This document shows, one piece after another, positions 26,273 to 39,200 of a stretch of 64,000 bases of DNA. The DNA comes from Eledone cirrhosa (Eukaryota): assembly GCA_964016885.1 (NCBI GenBank), contig OZ024742.1, positions 202,182,001 to 202,246,000 on the forward strand, written 5' to 3'. Numbering within the stretch: position 1 is the first letter of the stretch; each line of letters starts with the position of its first letter. The translations under genes and the position numbers were made by a program. Below the pieces are notes generated by a model, which was not told where the DNA came from, searched no databases, and was given only the letters and a program-made list of their open reading frames with translations.

Positions 26273-29200
26273 TGTTGATGTTGGTGTTGTTATTGTTGAT
26301 GTTGGTGTTGTTGATGTTGGTGTTGTTATTGTTGATGTTGGTGTCGTTAATGTTGACGTTGGTGTTGTTAATGTTGATGTTGGTGTTGTTAATGTTGATG
26401 TTGGTGTTGTTATTGTTGATGTTGGTGTTGCTAATGTTGATGTTGGTGTTGTTAATGTTGATGTTGGTGTTGTTATTGTTGATGTTGGTGTTGTTAATGT
26501 TGATGTTGGTGTTGTTAATGTTGATGTTGGTGTTGTTATTGTTGATGTAGGAGTTGTTATTGTTGATGTTGGTGTTGTTAATGTTGATGTTGGTGTTGTT
26601 AATGTTGATGTTGGTGTTGTTAATGTTGATGTTGGTGTTGTTAATGTTGATGTTGGTGTTGTTAATGTTGATGTTGGTGTTGTTATTGTCGATGTTGGTG
26701 TTGTTAATGTTGATGTTGGTGTTGTTAATGTTGATGTTGGTGTTGTTATTGTTGATGTTGATGTTGTTATTGTTGATGTTGGTGTTGTTAATGTTGATGT
26801 TGGTGTTGTTATTGTTAATGTTGGTGTTGTTATTGTTGAATAAGGTGTTGTTATTGTTGATGTTGGTGTTGTTGATGTTGATGTTGGTGTTGTTAATGTT
26901 GATGTTGGTGTTAGTGTTGTTAATGTTGATGTTGGTGTTGTTAATGTTGATGTTGGTGTTGTTATTGTTGATGTTGGTGTTGTTATTTTTGGTGTTGGTG
27001 TTGTTGATGTTGGTGTTGTTATTGTTGATGTTGGTGTTGTTAATGTTGATGTTGGTGTTGTTATTGTTGATGTTGGTGTTGTTAATGTTGATGTTCGTGT
27101 TGTTAATGTTGATGTTGGTGTTGTTATTGTTGATGTTGGTGTTGTTATTGTTGATGTTGGTGTTGTTAATGTTGATGTTGGTGTTGTTATTGTTGATGTT
27201 GGTGTTGTTATTTTTGATGTTGGTGTTGTTAATGTTGATGTTGGTGTTGTTGATGTTGGTGTTGTTAATGTTGATGTAGGTGTTGTTAATGTTGATGTTG
27301 GTGTTGTTACTGTTGATGTTGGTGTTGTTAATGTTGATGTTGGTGATGTTATTGTTGACGTTGGTGTTGTTAATGTTGATGTTGGTGTTGTTGATGTTGG
27401 TGTTGGTGTTGTTAATGTTGATGTTGGTGTTGTTAATATTGATGTTGGTGTTGTCATTGTTGATGTTGGTGTTGTTATTGTTGATGTTGGTGTTGTTATT
27501 GTTGGTGTTAGTGTTGTTGATGTTGATGTTGGTGTTGTTATTGTTGATGTTGGTTTTGTTATTGTTGATGTAGGTGTTGTTGATGTTGGTGTTGGTGTTG
27601 TTAATGTTGATGTTGGTGTTGTTATTGTTGATGTTGGTGTTGTTAATGTTGATGTTGGTGTTGTTATTGTTGATGTTGGTGTTGTTAATGTTGATGTTGG
27701 TGTTGTTATTGTTGATGTTGGTGTTGTTAATGTTGATGTTGGTGTTGTTGATGTTGGTGTTGTTAATGTTGAAGTTGGTGTTATTAATGTTGATGTTGGT
27801 GTTGTTAATGTTGATGATGGTGTTGTTAATGTTGATATTGGTGTTGTTAATGTTGATGTTGGTGTTGTTAATGTTGATGTTGGTGTTGTTATTGTTGATG
27901 TTGGTGTTGTTAATGTTGATGTTGGTGTTGTTATTGTTGATGTTGGTGTTGTTATTGTTGATGTAGGTGTTGTTGATGTTGGTGTTGGTGTTGTTAATGT
28001 TGATGTTGCTGTTGTTATTGTTGATGTTGGTGTTGTTATTGTTGATGTTAGTGTTGTTATTGTTGATGTTGGTGTTGTTATTGTTGATGTTGGTGTTGTC
28101 ATTGTTGATGCTGTTGTTGTTATTGTTGATGTTGGTGTTGTTATTGTTGATGTTGGTGTTGTTATTGTTGATGTTGGTGTTGTTATTCTTGATGTTCGTG
28201 TTGTTAATGTTGGTGTTGGTGTTGTTAATGTTGATGTTGGTGTTGTTAATGTTGATGTAGGTGTTGTTATTGTTGATGTTGGTGTTGTTATTGTTGATGT
28301 TGGTGTTGTTATTGTTGGTGTTGGTGTTGTTAATGTTGATGTTTGTGTTGTTATTGTTGATGTTGGTGTTATTGATGTTGTTGATGGTGTTGTTAATGTT
28401 GATGTTGGTGTTGTTAATATTGATGTTGGTGTTGTTATTGTTGATATTGGTGTTGTTGATGTTGGTGTTGGTGTTTTTATTGTTGATGTTGGTGTTGTTA
28501 ATGTTGATGTTGGTGTTGTTAATGTTGATGTTGGTGTTGTTATTGTTGATGTTGGTGTTGTTAATGTTGATGTTGGTGTTGTTAATGTTGATGTTGGTGT
28601 TGTTATTGTTGATGTTGGTGTTGTTAATGTTGATGTTGGTGTTGTTATTGTTGATGTTGGTGTTGTTAATGTTGATGTTGGTGTTGTTGATGTTGGTGTT
28701 GGTGTTGTTAATGTTGATGTTGTTGTTGTTAATGTTGATGTTGGTGTTGTTATTGTTGATGTTGGTGTTGTTGATGTTGGTGTTGTTATTGTTGATGTTG
28801 GTGTCGTTAATGTTGACGTTGGTGTTGTTAATGTTGATGTTGGTGTTGTTAATGTTGATGTTGGTGTTGTTATTGTTGATGTTGGTGTTGCTAATGTTGA
28901 TGTTGGTGTTGTTAATGTTGATGTTGGTGTTGTTATTGTTGATGTTGGTGTTGTTAATGTTGATGTTGGTGTTGTTAATGTTGATGTTGGTGTTGTTATT
29001 GTTGATGTAGGAGTTGTTATTGTTGATGTTGGTGTTGTTAATGTTGATGTTGGTGTTGTTAATGTTGATGTTGGTGTTGTTAATGTTGATGTTGGTGTTG
29101 TTAATGTTGATGTTGGTGTTGTTAATGTTGATGTTGGTGTTGTTATTGTCGATGTTGGTGTTGTTAATGTTGATGTTGGTGTTGTTAATGTTGATGTTGG

Positions 29201-31226
29201 TGTTGTTATTGTTGATGTTGATGTTGTTATTGTTGATGTTGGTGTTGTTAATGTTGATGTTGGTGTTGTTATTGTTAATGTTGGTGTTGTTATTGTTGAA
29301 TAAGGTGTTGTTATTGTTGATGTTGGTGTTGTTGATGTTGATGTTGGTGTTGTTAATGTTGATGTTGGTGTTAGTGTTGTTAATGTTGATGTTGGTGTTG
29401 TTAATGTTGATGTTGGTGTTGTTATTGTTGATGTTGGTGTTGTTATTTTTGGTGTTGGTGTTGTTGATGTTGGTGTTGTTATTGTTGATGTTGGTGTTGT
29501 TAATGTTGATGTTGGTGTTGTTATTGTTGATGTTGGTGTTGTTAATGTTGATGTTCGTGTTGTTAATGTTGATGTTGGTGTTGTTATTGTTGATGTTGGT
29601 GTTGTTATTGTTGATGTTGGTGTTGTTAATGTTGATGTTGGTGTTGTTATTGTTGATGTTGGTGTTGTTATTTTTGATGTTGGTGTTGTTAATGTTGATG
29701 TTGGTGTTGTTGATGTTGGTGTTGTTAATGTTGATGTAGGTGTTGTTAATGTTGATGTTGGTGTTGTTACTGTTGATGTTGGTGTTGTTAATGTTGATGT
29801 TGGTGATGTTATTGTTGACGTTGGTGTTGTTAATGTTGATGTTGGTGTTGTTGATGTTGGTGTTGGTGTTGTTAATGTTGATGTTGGTGTTGTTAATATT
29901 GATGTTGGTGTTGTCATTGTTGATGTTGGTGTTGTTATTGTTGATGTTGGTGTTGTTATTGTTGGTGTTAGTGTTGTTGATGTTGATGTTGGTGTTGTTA
30001 TTGTTGATGTTGGTTTTGTTATTGTTGATGTAGGTGTTGTTGATGTTGGTGTTGGTGTTGTTAATGTTGATGTTGGTGTTGTTATTGTTGATGTTGGTGT
30101 TGTTAATGTTGATGTTGGTGTTGTTATTGTTGATGTTGGTGTTGTTAATGTTGATGTTGGTGTTGTTATTGTTGATGTTGGTGTTGTTAATGTTGATGTT
30201 GGTGTTGTTGATGTTGGTGTTGTTAATGTTGAAGTTGGTGTTATTAATGTTGATGTTGGTGTTGTTAATGTTGATGATGGTGTTGTTAATGTTGATATTG
30301 GTGTTGTTAATGTTGATGTTGGTGTTGTTAATGTTGATGTTGGTGTTGTTATTGTTGATGTTGGTGTTGTTAATGTTGATGTTGGTGTTGTTATTGTTGA
30401 TGTTGGTGTTGTTATTGTTGATGTAGGTGTTGTTGATGTTGGTGTTGGTGTTGTTAATGTTGATGTTGCTGTTGTTATTGTTGATGTTGGTGTTGTTATT
30501 GTTGATGTTAGTGTTGTTATTGTTGATGTTGGTGTTGTTATTGTTGATGTTGGTGTTGTCATTGTTGATGCTGTTGTTGTTATTGTTGATGTTGGTGTTG
30601 TTATTGTTGATGTTGGTGTTGTTATTGTTGATGTTGGTGTTGTTATTCTTGATGTTCGTGTTGTTAATGTTGGTGTTGGTGTTGTTAATGTTGATGTTGG
30701 TGTTGTTAATGTTGATGTAGGTGTTGTTATTGTTGATGTTGGTGTTGTTATTGTTGATGTTGGTGTTGTTATTGTTGGTGTTGGTGTTGTTAATGTTGAT
30801 GTTTGTGTTGTTATTGTTGATGTTGGTGTTATTGATGTTGTTGATGGTGTTGTTAATGTTGATGTTGGTGTTGTTAATATTGATGTTGGTGTTGTTATTG
30901 TTGATATTGGTGTTGTTGATGTTGGTGTTGGTGTTTTTATTGTTGATGTTGGTGTTGTTAATGTTGATGTTGGTGTTGTTAATGTTGATGTTGGTGTTGT
31001 TATTGTTGATGTTGGTGTTGTTAATGTTGATGTTGGTGTTGTTAATGTTGATGTTGGTGTTGTTATTGTTGATGTTGGTGTTGTTAATGTTGATGTTGGT
31101 GTTGTTATTGTTGATGTTGGTGTTGTTAATGTTGATGTTGGTGTTGTTGATGTTGGTGTTGGTGTTGTTAATGTTGATGTTGTTGTTGTTAATGTTGATG
31201 TTGGTGTTGTTATTGTTGATGTTGGT
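26273..31226. repeat. Higher-order tandem duplication, 2 x 2460 bp
   Basis: Sequence lines are identical at +2460 (26281/28741 onward). ORFs pair as 26554/29014, 27280/29740, 28261/30721. Confidence 0.9.
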
Positions 31227-33294
31227 ATTGTCATTGTTGATGTTGGTGTTTTTAATGTTGATGTTGGTGTTGTTGATGTTGGTGTTGTTGATGTTGGTGT
31301 TGTTAATGTTGATGTAGGTGTTGTTAATGTTGATGTTGGTGTTGTTATTGTTGATGTTGGTGTTGTTAATGTTGATGTTGGTGTTGTTAATGTTGAAGTT
31401 GGTGTTATTAATTTTGAAGTTGGTGTTATTAATGTTGATGTTGGTGTTGTTATTGTTGATGTTGGTGTTGTTAATGTTGATGTTGGTGTTGTTAATGTTG
31501 ATGTTGGTGTTATTAATGTTGATGTTGGTGTTGTTATTGTTGATGTTGGTGTTGTTAATGTTGATGTTGGTGTTGTTAATGTTGATGTTGGTGTTGTTAT
31601 TGTTGATGTTGGTTTTGTTAATGTTGATGTTGGTGTTGTTATTGTTGATGTTGGTTTTGTTAATGTTGATGTTGGTGTTGTTAATGTTGATGTTGGTGTT
31701 GTTAATGTTGATGTTGGTGTTGTTATTGTTGATGTTGGTTTTGTTAATGTTGATGTTGGTGTTGTTAATGTTGATGTTGGTGTTGTTAATGTTGATGTTG
31801 GTGTTGCTGTTGTTGATGTTGGTGTTGTTATTGTTGATGTTGGTGTTGTTATTGTTGATGTTGGTGTTGTTATTGTTGATGTTGGAGTTGTTAATGTTGA
31901 TGTTGGTGTTGTTATTGTTGATGTTGGTGTTGTTATTGTTGATGTAGGTGTTGTTGATGTTGGTGTTGGTGTTGTTAATGTTGATGTTGGTGTTGTTATT
32001 GTTGATGTTGGTGTTGTTATTGTTGATGTTCGTGTTCTTATTGTTGATGTTGGTGTTGTTATTGTTGATGTTGGTGTTGTCATTGTTGATGTTGTTGTTG
32101 TTATTGTTGATGTTGGTGTTGTTAATGTTGATGTTGGTGTTGTTATTGTTGATGTTGGTGTTGTTAATGTTGATGTTGGTGTTGTTATTGTTGATGTTGG
32201 TGTTGTTAATGTTGATGTTGGTGTTGTTATTCTTGATGTTCGTGTTGTTAATGTTGGTGTTGGTGTTGTTATTGTTGATGTTGGTGTTGTTATTGTTGAT
32301 GTTGGTGTTGTTATTGTTGGTGTTGGTGTTGTTAATGTTGATGTTGTTGTTAATGTTGATGTTGTTGTTTTTAATGTTGGAGTTGGTGTTGTTAATGTTG
32401 ATGTTGTTGTTGTTAATGTTGATGTTGGTGTTGTTATTGTTGATGTTGGTGTTGTTAATGTTGATGTAGGTGTTGTTATTGTTGATGTTGGTGTTGTTAT
32501 TGTTGATGTTGGTGTTGTTATTGTTGGTGTTGGTGTTGTTAATGTTGATGTTGGTGTTGTTGATGTTGATGTTGGTGTTGTTATTGTTGATGTTGGTGTT
32601 GTTAATGTTGATGTTGGTGTTGTTAATGTTGATGTTGTTGTTGTTAATGTTGATGTTGGTGTTGTTAATGTTGATGTTGGTGTTGTTATTGTTGATGTTG
32701 TTGATGTTGGTGTTGGTGTTGTTAATGTTGATGTTGGTGTTGTTAATGTTGATGTTGGTGTTGTTAATGTTGATGTTGTTGTTGTTAATGTTGATGTTGT
32801 TGTTGTTAATGTTGGTGTTGGTGTTGTTAATGTTGATGTTGTTGTCGTTAATGTTGATGTTGTTTTGTTAATGTTGATGTTGGTGTTGTTTATGTTGATG
32901 TTGGTGTTGTTATTGTTGATGTTGGTGTTGTTATTGTTAATGTTTGTGTTGTTATTGTTGATGTTGGTGTTATTGATGTTGTTGATGGTGTTGTTAATGT
33001 TGATGTTGCTGTCGTTATTGTTGATGTTGGTGTTGTTGATGTTGGTGTTGGTGTTGTTAATGTTGGTGTTGTTATTGTTGATGTTGGTGTTGTTAATGTT
33101 GATGTTGGTGTTGTTAATGTTGATATTGGTGTTGTTATTGTTGATGTTGGTATTGTCATTGTTGATGTTGGTGTTGTTAATGTTGATGTTGGTGTTGTTG
33201 ATGTTGGTGTTGTTAATGTTGATGTAGGTGTTGTTAATGTTGATGTTGGTGTTGTTATTGTTGATGTTGGTGTTGTTAATGTTGATGTTGGTGA

Positions 33295-36200
33295 TGTTAT
33301 TGTTGATGTTGGTGTTGTTAATGTTGATGTTAGTGTTGTTGATGTTGGTGTTGGTGTTGTTAATGTTGATGTTGGTGTTGTTAATATTGATGTTGGTGTT
33401 GTTAATGTTGATGTTGGTGTTGTTATTGTTGGTGTTAGTGTTGTTGATGTTGATGTTGGTGTTGTTATTGTTGATGTTGGTGTTGTTATTGTTGATGTTG
33501 GTTTTGTTAATGTTGATGTTGGTGTTGTTAATGTTGATGTTGGTGTTGTTAATGTTGATGTTGGTGTTGTTATTGTTGATGTTGGTTTTGTTAATGTTGA
33601 TGTTGGTGTTGTTAATGTTGATGTTGGTGTTGTTATTGTTGATGTTGGAGTTGTTAATGTTGATGTTGGTGTTGTTATTGTTGATGTTGGTGTTGTTATT
33701 GTTGATGTAGGTGTTGTTGATGTTGGTGTTGGTGTTGTTAATGTTGATGTTGGTGTTGTTATTGTTGATGTTGGTGTTGTTATTGTTGATGTTCGTGTTC
33801 TTATTGTTGATGTTGGTGTTGTTATTGTTGATGTTGGTGTTGTCATTGTTGATGTTGTTGTTGTTATTGTTGATGTTGGTGTTGTTAATGTTGATGTTGG
33901 TGTTGTTATTGTTGATGTTGGTGTTGTTAATGTTGATGTTGGTGTTGTTATTGTTGATGTTGGTGTTGTTAATGTTGATGTTGGTGTTGTTATTCTTGAT
34001 GTTCGTGTTGTTAATGTTGGTGTTGGTGTTGTTATTGTTGATGTTGGTGTTGTTATTGTTGATGTTGGTGTTGTTATTGTTGGTGTTGGTGTTGTTAATG
34101 TTGATGTTGTTGTTAATGTTGATGTTGTTGTTTTTAATGTTGGAGTTGGTGTTGTTAATGTTGATGTTGTTGTTGTTAATGTTGATGTTGTTGTTGTTAA
34201 TGTTGATGTTGGTGTTGTTATTGTTGATGTTGGTGTTGTTAATGTTGATGTAGGTGTTGTTATTGTTGATGTTGGTGTTGTTATTGTTGATGTTGGTGTT
34301 GTTATTGTTGGTGTTGGTGTTGTTAATGTTGATGTTGGTGTTGTTGATGTTGATGTTGGTGTTGTTATTGTTGATGTTGGTGTTGTTAATGTTGATGTTG
34401 GTGTTGTTAATGTTGATGTTGTTGTTGTTAATGTTGATGTTGGTGTTGTTAATGTTGATGTTGGTGTTGTTATTGTTGATGTTGTTGATGTTGGTGTTGG
34501 TGTTGTTAATGTTGATGTTGGTGTTGTTAATGTTGATGTTGGTGTTGTTAATGTTGATGTTGTTGTTGTTAATGTTGATGTTGTTGTTGTTAATGTTGGT
34601 GTTGGTGTTGTTAATGTTGATGTTGTTGTTGTTAATGTTGATGTTGTTTTTGTTAATGTTGATGTTGGTGTTGTTTATGTTGATGTTGGTGTTGTTATTG
34701 TTGGTGTTGTTATTGTTAATGTTTGTGTTGTTATTGTTGATGTTGGTGTTATTGATGTTGTTGATGGTGTTGTTAATGTTGATGTTGCTGTCGTTATTGT
34801 TGATGTTGGTGTTGTTGATGTTGGTGTTGGTGTTGTTAATGTTGGTGTTGTTATTGTTGATGTTGGTGTTGTTAATGTTGATGTTGGTGTTGTTAATGTT
34901 GATATTGGTGTTGTTATTGTTGATGTTGGTATTGTCATTGTTGATGTTGGTGTTGTTAATGTTGATGTTGGTGTTGTTGATGTTGGTGTTGTTAATGTTG
35001 ATGTAGGTGTTGTTAATGTTGATGTTGGTGTTGTTATTGTTGATGTTGGTGTTGTTAATGTTGATGTTGGTGATGTTATTGTTGATGTTGGTGTTGTTAA
35101 TGTTGATGTTAGTGTTGTTGATGTTGGTGTTGGTGTTGTTAATGTTGATGTTGGTGTTGTTAATATTGATGTTGGTGTTGTTAATGTTGATGTTGGTGTT
35201 GTTATTGTTGGTGTTAGTGTTGTTGATGTTGATGTTGGTGTTGTTATTGTTGATGTTGGTGTTGTTATTGTTGATGTAGGTGTTGTTGATGTTGGTGTTG
35301 GTGTTGTTAATGTTGATGTTGGTGTTGTTATTGTTGATGTTGGTGTTGTTAATGTTGATGTTGGTGTTGTTGATGTTGATGTTGGTGTTGTTATTGTTGA
35401 TGTTGGTGTTTGTTATTGTTGGTGTTAGTGTTGTTGATGTTGATGTTGGTGTTGTTATTGTTGATGTTGGTGTTGTTATTGTTGATGTAGGTGTTGTTGA
35501 TGTTGGTGTTGGTGTTGTTAATGTTGATGTTGGTGTTGTTATTGTTGATGTTGGTGTTGTTAATGTTGATGTTGGTGTTGTTGATGTTGGTGTTGTTAAT
35601 GTTGATGTTGGTGTTGTTAATGTTGATGTTGGTGTTGTTAATGTTGATGTTGGTGTTGTTATTGTTGATGTTGGTGTTGTTAATGTTGATGTTGGTGATG
35701 TTATTGTTGATGTTGGTGTTGTTAATGTTGATGTTGGTGTTGTTGATGTTGGTGTTGGTGTTGTTAATGTTGATGTTGGTGTTGTTAATATTGATGTTGG
35801 TGTTGTTATTGTTGATGTTGGTGTTGTTAATGTTGATGTTGGTGTTGTTGATGTTGGTGTTGTTAATGTTGAATTTTGTGTTATTAATGTTGATGTTGGT
35901 GTTGTTATTGTTGATGTTGGTGTTGTTAATGTTGATGTTGGTGTTGTTAATGTTGATGTTGTTGTTGTTAATGTTGGTGTTGGTGTTGTTAATGTTGATG
36001 TTGTTGTTGTTAATGTTGATGTTGTTTTTGTTAATGTTGATGTTGGTGTTGTTAATGTTGATGTAGGTGTTGTTATTGTTGATGTTGGTGTTGTTAATGT
36101 TGATGTTGGTGTAGTTAATATTGATGTTGGTGTTGTTATTGTTGATGTTGGTGTTGTTATTGTTGATGTTGGTGTTGTTAATGTTGATGTTGGTGTTGTT

Positions 36201-39200
36201 AATGTTGATGTTGGTGTTGTTATTGTTGATGTTGGTGTTGTTATTGTTGATGTTGGTGTTGTTAATGTTGATGTTGGTGTTGTTATTGTTGATGTTGGTG
36301 TTGTTATTGTTGATGTTAGTGTTGTTATTGTTGATGTTGGTGTTGTTATTGTTGGTGTTGGTGTTGTTATTGTTGATGTTGGTGTTGTTATTGTTGATGT
36401 TGGTGTTGTTATTGTTGATGTTGGTGTTGTTAATATTGATGTTGGTGTTGTTATTGTTGATGTTTGTGTTGTTATTGTTGATGTTGGTGTTGTTGATGTT
36501 GGTGTTGTTAATGTTGATGTTGGTCTTGTTATTGTTGATGTTGGTGTTGTTATTGTTGATGTTGATGTTGTTATTGTTGATGTTGGTGTTGTTGATTTTG
36601 GTGTTGTTAATGTTGATGTTGGTGTCGTTAATGTTGGTGTTGTTATTGTTGATGTTGGTGTTGTCATTGTTGATGTAGGTGTTGGTGTCGTTAATGTTGG
36701 TGTTGTTATTGTTGATGTTGGTGTTGTTATTGTTGATGTTGGTGTTGTTATTGTTGATGTTGGTGTTGTTGATGTTGGTGTTGTTAATGTTGATGTTGGT
36801 GTCGTTAATGTTGGTGTTGTTATTGTTGATGTTGGTGTTGTTAATGTTGGTGTTGGTGTTGTTGATGTTGGTGTTGTTATTGTTGATGTTGGTGTTGTTG
36901 ATGTTGGTGTTCTTATTGTTGATGTTGGTGTTGTTATTGTTGATGTTGGTGTTGTTATTGTTGATGTTGGTGTTGTTGATGTTGGTGTTGTTATTGTTGA
37001 TGTTGGTGTCGTTAATGTTGATGTTGGTGTTGTTAATGTTGATGTTGGTGTTGTTAATGTTGATGTTGGTGTTGTTATTGTTGATGTTGGTGTTGTTGAT
37101 GTTGATGTTGGTGTTGTTAATGTTGATGTTGGTGTTGTTAATGTTGATGTTGGTGTTGTTAATGTTGATGTTGGTGTTGTTATTGTTGATGTTGGTGTTG
37201 TTAATGTTGATGTTGTTGTTGTTAATGTTGATGTTGGTGTTGTTATTGTTGATGTTGGTGTTGTTAATGTTGATGTTGGTGTTGTTAATGTTGATGTTGG
37301 TGTTGTTATTGTTGATGTAGGTGTTGTTATTGTTGATGTTGGTGTTGTTAATGTTGATGTCGGTGTTGTTATTGTTGATGTTGGTGTTGTTATTGTTGAT
37401 GTTGGTGTTGTTATTGTTGATGTTGGTGTTGTTAATGTTGATGTTGGTGTTGTTATTGTTAATGTGGGTGTTGTTATTGTTGAATAAGGTGTTGTTATTG
37501 TTGATGTTGGTGTTGTTGATGTTGATGTTGGTGTTGTTAATGTTGATGTTGATGTTAGTGATGTTAATGTTGATGTTGGTGTTGTTAATGTTGATGTTGG
37601 TGTTGTTATTGTTGATGTTGGTGTTGTTATTGTTGGTGTTGGTGTTGTTGATGTTGGTGTTGTTATTGTTGATGTTGGTGTTGTTAATGTTGATGTTGGT
37701 GTTGTTATTGTTGATGTTGGTGTTGTTAATGTTGATGTTGGTGTTGTTAATGTTGATGTTGGTGTTGTTATTGTTGATGTTGGTGTTGTTATTGTTGATG
37801 TTGGTGTTGTTATTGTTGATGTTGGTCTTGTTATTGTTGATGTTGGTGTTGTTAATGTTGGTGTTGGTGTTGTTAATGTTGATGTTGGTGTTGTTAATGT
37901 TGGTGTTGGTGTTGTTATTGTTGATGTTGGTGTTGTTAATGTTGATGTTGGTGTTGTTAATGTTGATGTTGGTGTTGTTAATGTTGATGTTGGTGTTGTT
38001 ATTGTTGATGTTGGTGTTGTTATTGTTGATGTTGGTGTTGTTAATGTTGATGTTGGTGTTGTTATTGTTGATGTTGGTGTTGTTAATGTTGATGTTGGTG
38101 TTGTTAATGTTGATGTTGGTGTTGTTAATGTTGATGTTGGTGTTGTTAATGTTGATGTTGGTGTTGTTATTGTTGATGTTGGTGTTGTTATTGTTGATGT
38201 TGGAGTTGTTATTCTTGATGTTGGTGTTGTTAATGTTGATGTTGGTGTTGTTATTGTTGATGTTGGTGTTGTTATTGTTGATGTTGGTGTTGTTGATGTT
38301 GGTGTTGTTAATGTTGATGTTGGTGTCGTTAATGTTGGTGTTGTTATTGTTGATGTTGGTGTTGTTAATGTTGATGTTGGTGTCGTTAATGTTGCTGTTG
38401 TTATTGTTGATGTTGATGTTGTTATTGTTGATGTTGGTGTTGTTAATGTTGACGTTGGTGTTGTTATTGTTGATGTTGGTGTTGTTAATGTTGATGTTGG
38501 TGTCGTTAATGTTGATGTTGGTGTTGTTATTGTTGATGTTGTTGTTCTTGATGTTGGTGTTGTTAATGTTGATGTTGGTGTTGTTAATGTTGATGTTGGT
38601 GTTGTTATTGTTGATGTTGGTGTTGTTATTGTTGATGTTGGTGTTGTTGATGTTGGTGTTGTTAATGTTGATGTTGGTGTCGTTATTGTTGATGTTGGTG
38701 TTGTTATTGTTGATGTTGGTGTTGTTATTGTTGATGTTGGTGTTGTTGATGTTGGTATTGTTAATGTTGATGTTGGTGTCGTTAATGTTGGTGTTGTTAT
38801 TGTTGATGTTGGTGTTGTCATTGTTGATGTTGGTGTTGGTGTCGTTAATGTTGGTGTTGTTATTGTTGATGTTGGTGTTGTTATTGTTGATGTTGGTGTT
38901 GTTATTGTTGATGTTGGTGTTGTTGATGTTGGTGTTGTTAATGTTGATGTTGGTGTCGTTAATGTTGGTGTTGTTATTGTTGATGTTGGTGTTGTTAATG
39001 TTGGTGTTGGTGTTGTTGATGTTGGTGTTGTTATTGTTGATGTTGGTGTTGTTGATGTTGGTGTTGTTATTGTTGATGTTGGTGTTGTTAATGTTGATGT
39101 TGGTGTCGTTAATGTTGATGTTGGTGTTGTTATTGTTGATGTTGGTGTTCTTGATGTTGGTGTTGTTAATGTTGATGTTGGTGTTGTTAATGTTGATGTT